Assembly: GCA_963764025.1 (NCBI GenBank)
Contig: CAVXRK010000011.1
Coordinates: forward strand, 320,999-384,998
Reading direction: 5' to 3'
DNA length: 64,000 nt
Origin: an uncultured Acidobacteriota bacterium
GTDB taxonomy: Bacteria > Acidobacteriota > Thermoanaerobaculia > UBA5066 > Gp7-AA6
Positions 24,882-33,620 of the stretch are shown here, piece after piece. The notes under the pieces were generated by a model. It was not told the DNA's origin, made no database searches, and saw nothing but the letters and a program-made list of their open reading frames with translations. A program made the translations under genes and the position numbers. How positions within the stretch are numbered: position 1 is the stretch's first letter; every line of letters starts with the position of its first letter.

Positions 24882-27323
24882 TTGGCGGACGAACCCGAGG
24901 AACCCGGCGGCTTAGCGGGTGACGCGGTTGGGGCGTCCGACGGGACCGAGGCGCAGGTTTCGGCCCTGGCGGAGCTCGCTCTGTGCGAGAACCTCGCCCA
25001 GACGTCGGGCTGGGCCGCTCGCTGGAGCGCGACGATGGCCGGCGCCGACGCGACGCTCCTGTGGGCGCCCGACACCGTCCATCCCATCTTCCTGTGCATC
25101 GGCGCCGAAGGCCAGGGCGTCGAAAAGTTCCTGAGGCGTTCGGCGCCGCGGGATACCGGTTACATCCACGAGCTCGTCCGCGACCGCCAGCCGATCGTGC
25201 TGGCCGGAGACGAGTTGACGACGAACGACCCGTTCGTGCGCGGCCTTTCGGGCTATCGGGCGTGCATCGCCGTGCCGCTCGAGGCCGAGGGTCTGGTCGT
25301 CGGCCTGCTCGCGATTTTCTTCATCCAGATGCCGAACGCCGAGCAAGCGCTCGCCCGCCTCGAGCGCTTCCTCGAGCAGGCGGCGCCGGCCCTCGGCCGG
25401 GCGCTCCGGTCCGAGCGCAAGACCGTCGGGATGCTGCACGCGATCGAGCGGCTCACCAACCTCTACGACCTCTCGAAGGCCTTCGGATCGACGATCGACA
25501 TCGACGAACTCTCGACGCTCATCGTCCGCAAGGCCGCCGACTTCGTGACGGGCGAGACGGCGTGCCTCTGGATGCTCGAAGGCGAGGACGACGTCATCGT
25601 CGCGGGGTCCGCCGTCAACGAGAACTACGACGTCGAGTCGCCGCCCGACGCCGTGGGCGGCGCGCTCGTCGGCGACGTCGTGGCCGACCAGGTTTCCATC
25701 CGCCGCAACCGGATCCCCGAGGACGACCCGGTCGCGACCGAGAATCCGTCCTACCCGGTCCGCTCGGCGCTCGCCGTGCCCCTCGTCGAGGACGAGATTT
25801 CCATCGGGGCGCTCGTCGTCGCCAACAAGCGGGGGCGCCACCCCGAGTTCACGGCCGAAGACGAGGAGCTCTTGAACGACCTCGCCCGCCAGGCCGTGCG
25901 GGCGTTGCGCACGGCGCGCCAGCACGAGGCCGAGAAGAAGGTCGAGGAGCTCGACGCCCTGCTCGCCGTCAGCCGTGAGATCACCGCCACCCTCGATCTC
26001 GACAAGGTGATGCAGACGATCGTCAACGCAACCTCGGCGCTGATCGATTACGATCGCTGCGGCATCGCGATCCAGGAGAAAGGAAGGCTGCGGCTGGGCG
26101 CGATCTCCGGAACCGCCGAGTTGGACCGCAAGGACCCGGACGCCCGGCGCATCGAAGACCTGCTCCAGTGGGTCTTCCTCTCAGGAACGGACACCGCGGT
26201 CACCCAGACCGAGGACGGTGCGATCTCGGCGGACCGTCCCGAGACCGAGGAGAAGTTCCGCGCCCTCTTTCAGGAGACGGGCCTACGCTCCTTCTACGGG
26301 GTCCTGCTGAAGGACGAGGAAGGCAAGCTCGGAGCGCTCGGCTTCGAGAGCAAGGAGCCGCTCGTCTTCGACGAGGAGACGCGAGATCTGCTCTCTATCC
26401 TGGTCAACCAGGCCACGGTCGCGGTCCGCAACGCGCAGCTGTACCAGCAGGTGCCGCTCGCCGGCTTCTGGAAGCCGCTGCTCGAGAAGCGGCGCAAGCT
26501 CGCTGCGATCCCGAAGTCACGGCGCCGTGCCTGGGCCATTCGGGTCGGCGTGGCCGCGCTCATTCTCGTCGTGGCCCCGTGGCCCCTGCGCATCACCGGC
26601 CCGGCGCGGGTCCTGCCGGGACGGCGTGCCGCAGTCACCTCCATGGTGGACGGCGTCGTGGGAACGGTGCTGCGCCGGGAAGGGGATCGCGTCGAGGCTG
26701 GCGACGTCATCGCGACGCTCAAGGACGAGAGCTACCAGGCGGCTCTCGCGGAAGCCAGATCGAACCTCACGCTGGCGGAGAGCGATATCGCGCGGTCCCG
26801 CCAGAACGCCGACGCCGGCGCGGTGTTCGACGCCGAGGCGCGGCGCCGCGAGGCCCTGGCGCGCATCGCGCTCGAGGAGGATCGGCTCTCGCGCACCCGA
26901 CTGACCGCCCCCGCCTCCGGGGTCATCGTTACCCCGCGCATCGAGGAACGGGTCGGGCAACTGCTGTCCCGAGGGGCAGAGCTGTGCGTCGTCGCCGACG
27001 TCCGGAACGTCACGGCCGAGGTCGCCGTTCCCGAGTCCGATGCCGGGCTGGTCAAGGCCGGCCAGAAGACTACCTTGAAGTTCAATTCCTACCCTGGCTC
27101 TCTCTTCCGTGGCGAAGTCGCGCGAGTCGCGCCCCGCATTCGCGAGGAGGGCGACCAGCGTTTCGTGATCGCCGAGGTCGCCGTGTCGAACCCCGACGGC
27201 AGGCTGAAGACCGGCATGCTCGGGAACGGCAAGGTCTCCGTCGGCACCCGCCGCGTCATCACGGCGCTCTTCCGAAAGCCGCTGCGCTACCTCTGGAGCA
27301 AAATCTGGCCCCTGCTTCCGTGA
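24882..27323 (+). CDS. triple-GAF domain protein fused to a TM segment and an HlyD-family periplasmic adaptor (membrane fusion protein)
   Basis: Three GAF-like blocks (aa about 20-170, 190-340, 360-520). TM: AWAIRVGVAALILVVAPW. HlyD beta-sandwich/lipoyl-like region: ITGPARVLPGRRAAVTSMVDGVVGTVLRREGDRVEAGDVIATL...LTAPASGVIVTPRIEERVGQLLSRGAELCVV. 813 aa. Confidence 0.75.
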   Translation: MADEPEEPGGLAGDAVGASDGTEAQVSALAELALCENLAQTSGWAARWSATMAGADATLLWAPDTVHPIFLCIGAEGQGVEKFLRRSAPRDTGYIHELVRDRQPIVLAGDELTTNDPFVRGLSGYRACIAVPLEAEGLVVGLLAIFFIQMPNAEQALARLERFLEQAAPALGRALRSERKTVGMLHAIERLTNLYDLSKAFGSTIDIDELSTLIVRKAADFVTGETACLWMLEGEDDVIVAGSAVNENYDVESPPDAVGGALVGDVVADQVSIRRNRIPEDDPVATENPSYPVRSALAVPLVEDEISIGALVVANKRGRHPEFTAEDEELLNDLARQAVRALRTARQHEAEKKVEELDALLAVSREITATLDLDKVMQTIVNATSALIDYDRCGIAIQEKGRLRLGAISGTAELDRKDPDARRIEDLLQWVFLSGTDTAVTQTEDGAISADRPETEEKFRALFQETGLRSFYGVLLKDEEGKLGALGFESKEPLVFDEETRDLLSILVNQATVAVRNAQLYQQVPLAGFWKPLLEKRRKLAAIPKSRRRAWAIRVGVAALILVVAPWPLRITGPARVLPGRRAAVTSMVDGVVGTVLRREGDRVEAGDVIATLKDESYQAALAEARSNLTLAESDIARSRQNADAGAVFDAEARRREALARIALEEDRLSRTRLTAPASGVIVTPRIEERVGQLLSRGAELCVVADVRNVTAEVAVPESDAGLVKAGQKTTLKFNSYPGSLFRGEVARVAPRIREEGDQRFVIAEVAVSNPDGRLKTGMLGNGKVSVGTRRVITALFRKPLRYLWSKIWPLLP

Positions 27324-27329
27324 GCTCTC

Positions 27330-28620
27330 GTCCTGGCCGACTCCTCTCCGCGACCCGCATCGAAGAGAGCGCGGCGGCCCTCGCGGCCCTCCACGGGACG
27401 GCGAGCGACCGACCTGCGATCCGCTCCGACGCCGTGATCCGGCGCGTCGTGCAACTGGGGGAGATCCACTGGGTGATCAAGAACCCGGAGACCACGAAGT
27501 ACTACAACTTCGACGACCCGGAGTGGGGTCTCTGCCAGCTCTTCGACGGCACGCGCACGGTCGCTCAGGTCCACGCCGACTACCAGGCACAGTTCCCGCG
27601 CGAGAGGATCGAAATGTCCGTCATCCGCGAGTACGAGGAGATGCTCCGGGAGATGGGCCTGATCGAGCAGTCTGCGGCCGAAAGGAACCTCAAACTCCTC
27701 GCGAACGCGAAGACCGCGCGCCAGCGCGCCGCCGAGGAAAAGGCCGAGGGCTTCAACCCGTTCTTCCTCCTCTTCCACGTCCTCGACCCCAACCGCTTCC
27801 TGGACCGCACCGTGAAGTACGTCCGCTGGATCTGGACGCCACCGGTCGTGGCCGCCGCGCTGATCTTCGCTGCCTGGGCTTTCGGGGTCATCCTCATGCA
27901 CTGGGGCGCGATCTGGAGCGGGACAGTCGAACTTTACGCCCTGACATCGAAGCCACTTCTCGACATCATGCAGTTCTTCTTCATCTTGACGTTCATCGGG
28001 CTGTTTCACGAGTTCTCCCACGCGTACGTCACCAAGATCTACGGCGGCGAAGTGCACGACATCGGCCTCGCGCTGCTGTACTTCACGCCCGCGTTCTACT
28101 GCGATACGACCGACTCGGTGCTTTTTACAAGCAAGTGGCAGCGGCTGTGGGTCACAACGGCGGGCATCTACATCGAGGCCATCATGTGCTCGGTGGCCAC
28201 CGTCGCGTGGATGGTTTTCGTACCCCGACACGCTCCTCCACGAGATCGCCTTCAAGACGATGCTCTTCACGGGTGTTTCGACGATCTTTTTCAACATCAA
28301 CCCGCTGATCAAAATCGACGGGTACTACGCGCTCTCGAGCGTTCTCGAGATCCCGGACCTGCGGGAGGAGTCATTCCGGTACATCGGGACGTGGTTTCAG
28401 CGCCACGTCCTGCGCCTCCCGTCGAAGTCCCGGCCGTTTCCCGCCGAAAACGCCGGATCTACTGGATCTTCGGCTCGTTCGCTCTGGCTCTGGGTGGCCG
28501 TCGATCATGCGGTTCATCGCCGGGGTCTTCTTCAACCTCTACAACCACTTCTTCCCGAACTGGGCCGTCGTGCTGCCGCCATCACGCTCTACCGCCTCTT
28601 CCGCCAGCGCGTACGCCTGG
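27330..28620 (+). CDS. site-2-protease-like M50 family membrane metallopeptidase, with at least two frameshifts
   Basis: HEFSHAYVTKIYGGEVHD (HExxH) within TM helices. A second motif NINPLIKIDGYYALS (LDG-like) lies in a shifted frame. Start and end are approximate. Confidence 0.6.
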
Positions 28621-28669
28621 TGACGCGCACGGCGCACCTCTTCTATCTCGACAAGAAGGAGTTGCTCAT

Positions 28670-29500
28670 GTCCCTCGCGTCCGCTCGGCGCTGCTGGCCG
28701 GCGCCGTCGTCCTGCTCTGCTTGTCCTTGTGCCATGGAGCCGGCGTACGTTGCGTGCCCCCGCCGCCCTAGGCCGATGGCAGCGGCCCGCCTCGAGGCAC
28801 CAGAGGACGCGGTCGTAACGCGGGCGCTGGTCGAGGAAGGCGACCGGGTCGAGGCCGGCCAGCCGTCCTTCAGCCTCGTGAGCGCAGCGGCAACGGAGGA
28901 GACGGCGGGCGTACGTCTGAGGGCGAGCGGTTGGCTCGGGGAAGCCAGCCGCGAAAGGAGGCCGGTGAGCCGGACGCGTTTTCGCGTCCGAGACCCGCGG
29001 CATGGCGGCAAACGCCGCGCTCAGAAGTGGCCTCGCCCGGGAAGAGCGCCTGCTCATGAAGAGCCCGTGGCCGGCCGCATCCTGACGCCGTACCTGCGCG
29101 ACCTCAGGGTCGTTCCGTCCCCGCCGGAACGCTGCTGGCCGAGGTCGGCGAGGACCGACAGATGGCGGCGGAGCTCACGGTCTCGGAACGGCTCCTCGAG
29201 GACATCGTACCCAATGCGCAGGTTTCGGCGCTCTTCCGCGGTCATCCCCGCCCCGTGCGCGGCACCATCGTCTCGTGGCCCCGGCGGCCATGGCGTAGCC
29301 CAAGACCGCCGGCGGGTTCGACCCGGCCGCGCCGCAGGAACACCCCGAACAGTTCGTCGCCCTCGCCGTTTTCGAAAACACCGACGGGAGCTTGATCGCC
29401 CGGAATGATCGGATACGCCAAGATCTACGGCCGTCGAGCGTCCTACGCCGGTCGGGTCTGGCGAGTGCTCAAGCGGTGGGTGCAGTCGGTGGCGTGGTAG
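28670..29500 (+). CDS. HlyD-family secretion/adaptor protein (second, short), frameshifted
   Basis: AAGGAG SD before ATG 28670. MSLASARR, then after a shift the TM SALLAGAVVLLCLSL. Later: EAPEDAVVTRALVEEGDRVEAGQPSFSLV; LTVSERLLEDIVPNAQVSALFRGHPRPVRGTIVSV; IGYAKIYGRRASYAGRVWRVLKRWV*. Confidence 0.5.
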
Positions 29501-29532
29501 TCGAGGGGGGCCGCGCGGGTTCCAAAAGAAAA

Positions 29533-29554
29533 GCGCCCCGCCGGAGCGGGGCGC
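29533..29554 (-). terminator. Rho-independent terminator (GCGCCCCGC-cgga-GCGGGGCGC followed by a U-tract on the minus strand); possibly bidirectional
   Basis: A perfect 9-bp GC stem with a 4-nt loop. On the minus strand it is followed by TTTTCTTTT. It lies between the convergent HlyD-like gene and the repeat-protein gene. Confidence 0.8.
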
Positions 29555-29587
29555 TTCGAACTCCGAAAAACGTCGACTTAGAAGCTG

Positions 29588-29962
29588 GCCTTGCCCGTCG
29601 CCCGAGCGCCAATCGACTTGCCCGTCGCCCGAGCGCCAATCGACTTGCCCGTCGCCCGAGCGTCGATCGACTTGGCACCCGCACGAGCGTCAATCGACTT
29701 GGCCCGTCGCCCGAGCGCCAATCGACTTGCCCGTCGCCCGAGCGCCAATCGACTTGCCCGTCGCCCGAGCGCCAATCGACTTGCCCGTCGCCCGAGCGCC
29801 AATCGACTTGCCCGTCGCCCGAGCGCCGATCGACTTGGCCCGTCGCCCGAGCGCCGATCGACTTGCCCGTCGCCCGAGCGCCAATCGACTTGCCCGTCGC
29901 CCGAGCGCCGATCGACTTGCCCGTCGCCCGAGCGCCAATCGACTTGCCCGTCGCCCGAGCCG
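29588..29962. repeat. 27-nt tandem direct repeat array, about 14 copies, unit CGACTTGCCCGTCGCCCGAGCGCCAAT, with a few 28-nt and variant units, inside a coding sequence
   Basis: Direct inspection. Units differ by A/G at one position. Two units are 28 nt (TTGGCCCG versus TTGCCCG). Confidence 0.95.
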
Positions 29963-30100
29963 AGACCGAATGGCTCGTGGGCGAATGCGTCGGGATCCGC
30001 CGAAGCTCTCGACGCGAATCTCGGGCAGGTCCTTGCCCGTGGCTTCCTTGATCTTGGCCTTCTGAGCGTCCGTCAGCTTGATCTTGACTTCGTTACCCAT
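29690..30100 (-). CDS. tandem-repeat protein of unknown function (unique N-terminus followed by 9-aa repeats)
   Basis: GAAGGAGGG SD 8 nt before the ATG. N-terminus MGNEVKIKLTDAQKAKIKEATGKDLPEIRVESF. The repeats read as (LGRRASRLA)n or (GKSIGARAT)n depending on frame; the 28-nt units switch frame. A terminator follows the stop. Confidence 0.65.
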   Translation of the reverse strand: MGNEVKIKLTDAQKAKIKEATGKDLPEIRVESFGGSRRIRPRAIRSRLGRRASRLALGRRASRSALGRRASRLALGRRASRSALGRRAKSIGARATGKSIGARATGKSIGARATGKSIGARATGKSIGARATGQVD

Positions 30101-30132
30101 GTGAAACCCTCCTTCTTGATGCCAATACAAGA

Positions 30133-30149
30133 GGCAAGAAGAGGGCCAG
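30133..30149 (-). promoter_or_regulatory. sigma54 (-24/-12) promoter CTGGCCCTCTTCTTGCC upstream of the repeat-protein gene
   Basis: GG-N10-GC spacing with TTGC at -12. About 35 nt upstream of the ATG. An NtrC-family activator is encoded immediately upstream. Confidence 0.55.
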
Positions 30150-30235
30150 AATTGGCGACGCCTGCCTCCGCTCCCAAGCCTTTCGTTTTCAGTTGCTTGC
30201 AAAAGAGCTCCGCCGATCGTCAGGGCCGGCTGGTT

Positions 30236-30272
30236 GAAACTTCCTTTCACCGAGGTTGAATTTCTCAACCGG
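30236..30272 (-). promoter_or_regulatory. candidate enhancer (UAS): inverted repeat GGTTGAG-aaat-TCAACC plus a third TTTCAACC half-site
   Basis: A palindrome about 100-130 nt upstream of the sigma54 promoter, in the intergenic space between the response regulator stop and the repeat gene. Confidence 0.35.
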
Positions 30273-31653
30273 TCAGAGCCCGTGCTTCCGGCAGAGATAC
30301 TTGATCTGGTTGGCGTCGAGCCCCAGGCGGCGAGCCGCTTCCGCCTTCACCCCGCCGGCCGCCGCGATCGCCTCCGCGAGCGTCCGGCGCTCGAAATCCT
30401 CGACGGCCGACGCGAAGTCGCGGACCGTGGATGCCCCGCCGCCCGCGGGAGCGCGCGGCGCCTCCCGGAGGGCCCGCGGAAGCTCCTCCTCGCCGATCTC
30501 GGGCGCGTCGGAAAAGAGGACGAGCATCTCGACGACGTGCTGGAGCTCGCGCACGTTGCCCTTCCACGCGTGGGCCCGAAGCCGGGCGAGGGCGCCCTCG
30601 GAGAAGCGGCGCCCGGTCTTCCCGTGCCGCTGCCCGAAGAGCGCCAGGAAATGGTCGGCGAGCAGCACGATGTCTTCCCCGCGTTCGCGCAACGGCGCGA
30701 TCCGGAGCGGAACGGTGTGGATCCGGTAAAACAGGTCCTCGCGGAACGTTCCGGCGGCGACCCGCGCTTCGAGGTCCTCGTTGGTGGCCGAAATCAGCCG
30801 GAAATCGACGGGGATCGGCCGCCGTCCGCCGACGCGCTCGACCACCCGGCTCTCGAGCACCCGGAGGAGCTTCGACTGCACCCCGGGCGAAAGTGTGCCG
30901 ATCTCGTCGAGGAAAATCGTTCCGCCCGAGGCGAGCTCGAACCGGCCGGGCCGCGATGCGATCGCGCCCGTGAAGGCGCCCTTCTCGTGGCCGAAGAGCT
31001 CCGCCTCGGCGAGCGACTCCGGCAGCGCCGAGGCGTTGACCGGCACGAATGCGCGGTCGCGCCGGGGGCTCGCGGCGTGGATCGACTGCGCGACGAGGTC
31101 CTTGCCCGTCCCGCTCTCCCCCGAGATGAGCACGGTCGCGTCGCTGCCGGCGACCCGCTCGATGTCGCGGGCCAGGGCGAGCATGGGCGCGCTCCGGCCG
31201 ATCAGCCGGTCGAGGGAGCGGGAGGGCTGGGCGGCCGCACGGAGCTCGCGGTTCTCGACGAGCAGCCGCCGGCGCTCGAGCGCGCGGTCGAGGATCAGGA
31301 GGAGCTCCGCCGTGTCGATCGGCTTCTGGAAGAAGTCGAAGGCGCCGAGCGCGACCGCCTGCAGCGCGTACTGCCGCTCCCCCTCTCCGGACATCATCAC
31401 GACCGTCGCCTCCGGGTCGCGCTCCCGCACGTAACGCAGCAGGTCGAGCCCCTCCTGCACCTGACCGGAGGGCGGCAGCCGCATGTCGAAGAGGTAGAGG
31501 TCCGGGTCCGAGGCGCAGAGCGCCCGGCCGTGGGTCGCGTCGCGGGCCGACGACACCGCGAACCGTCCCTTGAGCGCCCAGGTCAGCTGCTCGAGGAGAA
31601 AGGCGTCGTCCTCGACGATGACGATCCGTCCCAGGGGACGCGCCGGCTCGGTC
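30273..31653 (-). CDS. sigma54-dependent two-component response regulator (NtrC family: REC + AAA+ + Fis HTH)
   Basis: GTG start overlapping the kinase stop (GTGA). REC domain: RIVIVEDDAFLLEQL...DLYLFDMRLP. AAA+: GESGTGKD, GAFTGA, ELFGHEKG. C-terminal HTH: AEAARRLGLDANQIKYLCRKHGL. The listed ORF start is an upstream in-frame GTG. Confidence 0.85.
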
Positions 31654-32365
31654 ACCCCGCCTCCCCGGCGCTCCCCGGCAGCGACAGGCGGATCAACGTC
31701 CCCCCGCCCGGCTGCGAAAGGATCCGGATCGATCCCCGGTGGAACTTCACGATCTGGCTGGCGGTCGACAAGCCGAGGCCCACGCCTTCCGGTTTCGTCG
31801 TCTCGTACGGCTGGAAAAGTCGGTCCCGCAGGAACTCCGGCGTCATCCCGGCGCCATTGTCGATGAATTCCACGACCGCGCGGGGCCGCCGCGCGGAGCC
31901 GCCCGTGTAGGTCCGCACGAGGACCTTGCCCTCGGGAATCGCCGCCTCCCACGCGTTCTCGAGCAGGCTCGCGAATGCGTCGCCGAGATAGACCGGGTCT
32001 CCCCAGATCCGCGGAACGTCGCCCAGCGCGAGCGACACGGACGGGCCGTCCCCGGGCGTTCCGCGCGCGCCGCGGCGCGTCGGCTTGCCGGCGATCTTCC
32101 GGAGCAGCTCATTGACGTCGAGCTCGACCTTGACCAGCAGCGCGTCCTCGCGCTCGACGAAACGGCCGGCGATGTCCTCCAGCCGCTCGACGGTCGACGC
32201 CAGGAGGTCGCGTACGGTTTTTCGGAACTCCCCGTCCTCCCAGTGCTCGTCCAGGTTGGACAGCAGGAGCCGGAGGCGAAACGACATGTTCTTGACGTCG
32301 TGGACGAGCACGCGGTCGAGCGCCGAGCGCAGGCGCGCCGAGGAACGGGGCCGTTTCGGCGGCAT
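31652..32365 (-). CDS. histidine kinase (HisKA + HATPase_c) with no sensor or TM domain
   Basis: H-box LVHDVKNMSF. N/G-boxes: LGDAFASLLENAWEA...VEFIDNGAGM...GVGLGLSTASQIV. 237 aa. Confidence 0.75.
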   Translation of the reverse strand: MPPKRPRSSARLRSALDRVLVHDVKNMSFRLRLLLSNLDEHWEDGEFRKTVRDLLASTVERLEDIAGRFVEREDALLVKVELDVNELLRKIAGKPTRRGARGTPGDGPSVSLALGDVPRIWGDPVYLGDAFASLLENAWEAAIPEGKVLVRTYTGGSARRPRAVVEFIDNGAGMTPEFLRDRLFQPYETTKPEGVGLGLSTASQIVKFHRGSIRILSQPGGGTLIRLSLPGSAGEAG

Positions 32366-32388
32366 CGGCGGTCGCGCCAGAGGCGGCC

Positions 32389-33141
32389 CTACCGGGCCGC
32401 GGGCGCCGGGAGGCGGACTTTGACCGCCATCCCGGGGCGCAGCACCGACTTGCCCGGCTCGCGCCGGACGCGGACCACGACCTGGAAGGTGCTGCTCGCC
32501 GCGTCGACGGTCGGGCTGATGAACTGGATCTCGCCCGTCGTCTTCGCGTCGGGGAAGCGCTCGGCAACGACGTCGACCCGGTCGCCCACGCGGACCTGGA
32601 GCAGACGTTCCTCGGGAAGATAGATGCGCGCGAGCAGGGGCTCCGTCGCGGTGATTTTGAAGAGAGGCTCGATGCGGTCTTCGATCACCTTCTGGCCGAT
32701 CCGGGCGTACTTTTCCGTCACCACGCCCGCGAACGGGGCGCGGATTACGGCATAGTCCTTCTGCGTCTTCATCTTCTCCCAGCGCGCCACGGCCACGGCG
32801 TACTGGGCCTTCTTCTCGTCGAGGTCCTGGACGCTCATCACCTTCGAATTCGCCAGGGCCTCCGCGCGGTCGTACTCGGCCTTGCGCAGGTCCATGTCTT
32901 CCTTGGCCTCGCGCACGTCGGCATCGAGAGCCCGCGTATCGAGGGTCGCCAGCGTCTGGCCCTGGACGACCGCCGTGCCCCGGTCGACCACGATCGTCTC
33001 GACGATGCCGGTGATGCGCGCCGACACGACGACGTCCTGGTCCACCATCAGGTGGGTGGAATAGACACCCTCGTCGCCGGGCGCGCCTCGGGCGGCCGCG
33101 CCGGCGAGCAGGAGCAGAAGCAGCGGCAAAGCTCTTTTCAC
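32389..33141 (-). CDS. short HlyD/RND-type membrane fusion (periplasmic adaptor) protein with a signal peptide
   Basis: MKRALPLLLLLLAGAAA signal peptide. Lipoyl/beta-barrel motifs: VSARITGIVETIVVDRGTAVVQGQTLATLD...VIRAPFAGVVTEKYARIGQKV...QVRVGDRVDVVAE. Confidence 0.75.
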   Translation of the reverse strand: MKRALPLLLLLLAGAAARGAPGDEGVYSTHLMVDQDVVVSARITGIVETIVVDRGTAVVQGQTLATLDTRALDADVREAKEDMDLRKAEYDRAEALANSKVMSVQDLDEKKAQYAVAVARWEKMKTQKDYAVIRAPFAGVVTEKYARIGQKVIEDRIEPLFKITATEPLLARIYLPEERLLQVRVGDRVDVVAERFPDAKTTGEIQFISPTVDAASSTFQVVVRVRREPGKSVLRPGMAVKVRLPAPAAR

Positions 33142-33183
33142 GATATCGGAAAAACGACGAGATGCTATCGTTTACGAAGTCTC

Positions 33184-33528
33184 ATGTCGATCACCCTGGC
33201 GAGCGAATCCCCGTCCATCGAGCAGAAGGGTCTGCGGGCGAACTTCTCCTGGACCATGTCCGAGCCCTGGGACGAGCGCCGCCTCGCGGCCTTCCTGATG
33301 ACCAAGCACCGGAGGAGCGACTCGGACTGGACCCGCCGCCCGTCGCCCTTCTTCGCGTCTCTCGGGCAGGCCACCGTCGAGTGCTCGGTTCCCGTCGCCC
33401 GGCCGGAAGCCCTCCCCGACCTCGCCGCGATCCTGACGGTCGAGCTGACGGGTATCCTGACGGGGGCGAGCGCGATTTACGAGCAGATGGTGGCCGGCCA
33501 GGACTGGAAAACGGTCTCCCCGCCCTGA
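33184..33528 (+). CDS. hypothetical protein (114 aa) upstream of the DGQHR gene
   Basis: High GC3 and consistent codon usage (MSITLASESPSIEQKGLRANFSWTMSEPWDERRLAAFLMTKHRRSDSDW...). Same strand, 92 nt before the DGQHR ATG. Confidence 0.45.
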   Translation: MSITLASESPSIEQKGLRANFSWTMSEPWDERRLAAFLMTKHRRSDSDWTRRPSPFFASLGQATVECSVPVARPEALPDLAAILTVELTGILTGASAIYEQMVAGQDWKTVSPP

Positions 33529-33620
33529 AAAGGGCCCCGTTTCCGGCGGTCATTTCTCTAGGCTCCAAACCGCCCGACGGCGGTATACGCTTTCGCCGCC
33601 CGGGCCGAGGGACTTACCCG

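Noticed and set aside
29588-29962. Regular 27-nt repeat array considered as a CRISPR array
   Set aside because: The units are contiguous with no spacers and lie inside an ORF with an SD and a terminator. This is a coding minisatellite, not CRISPR.
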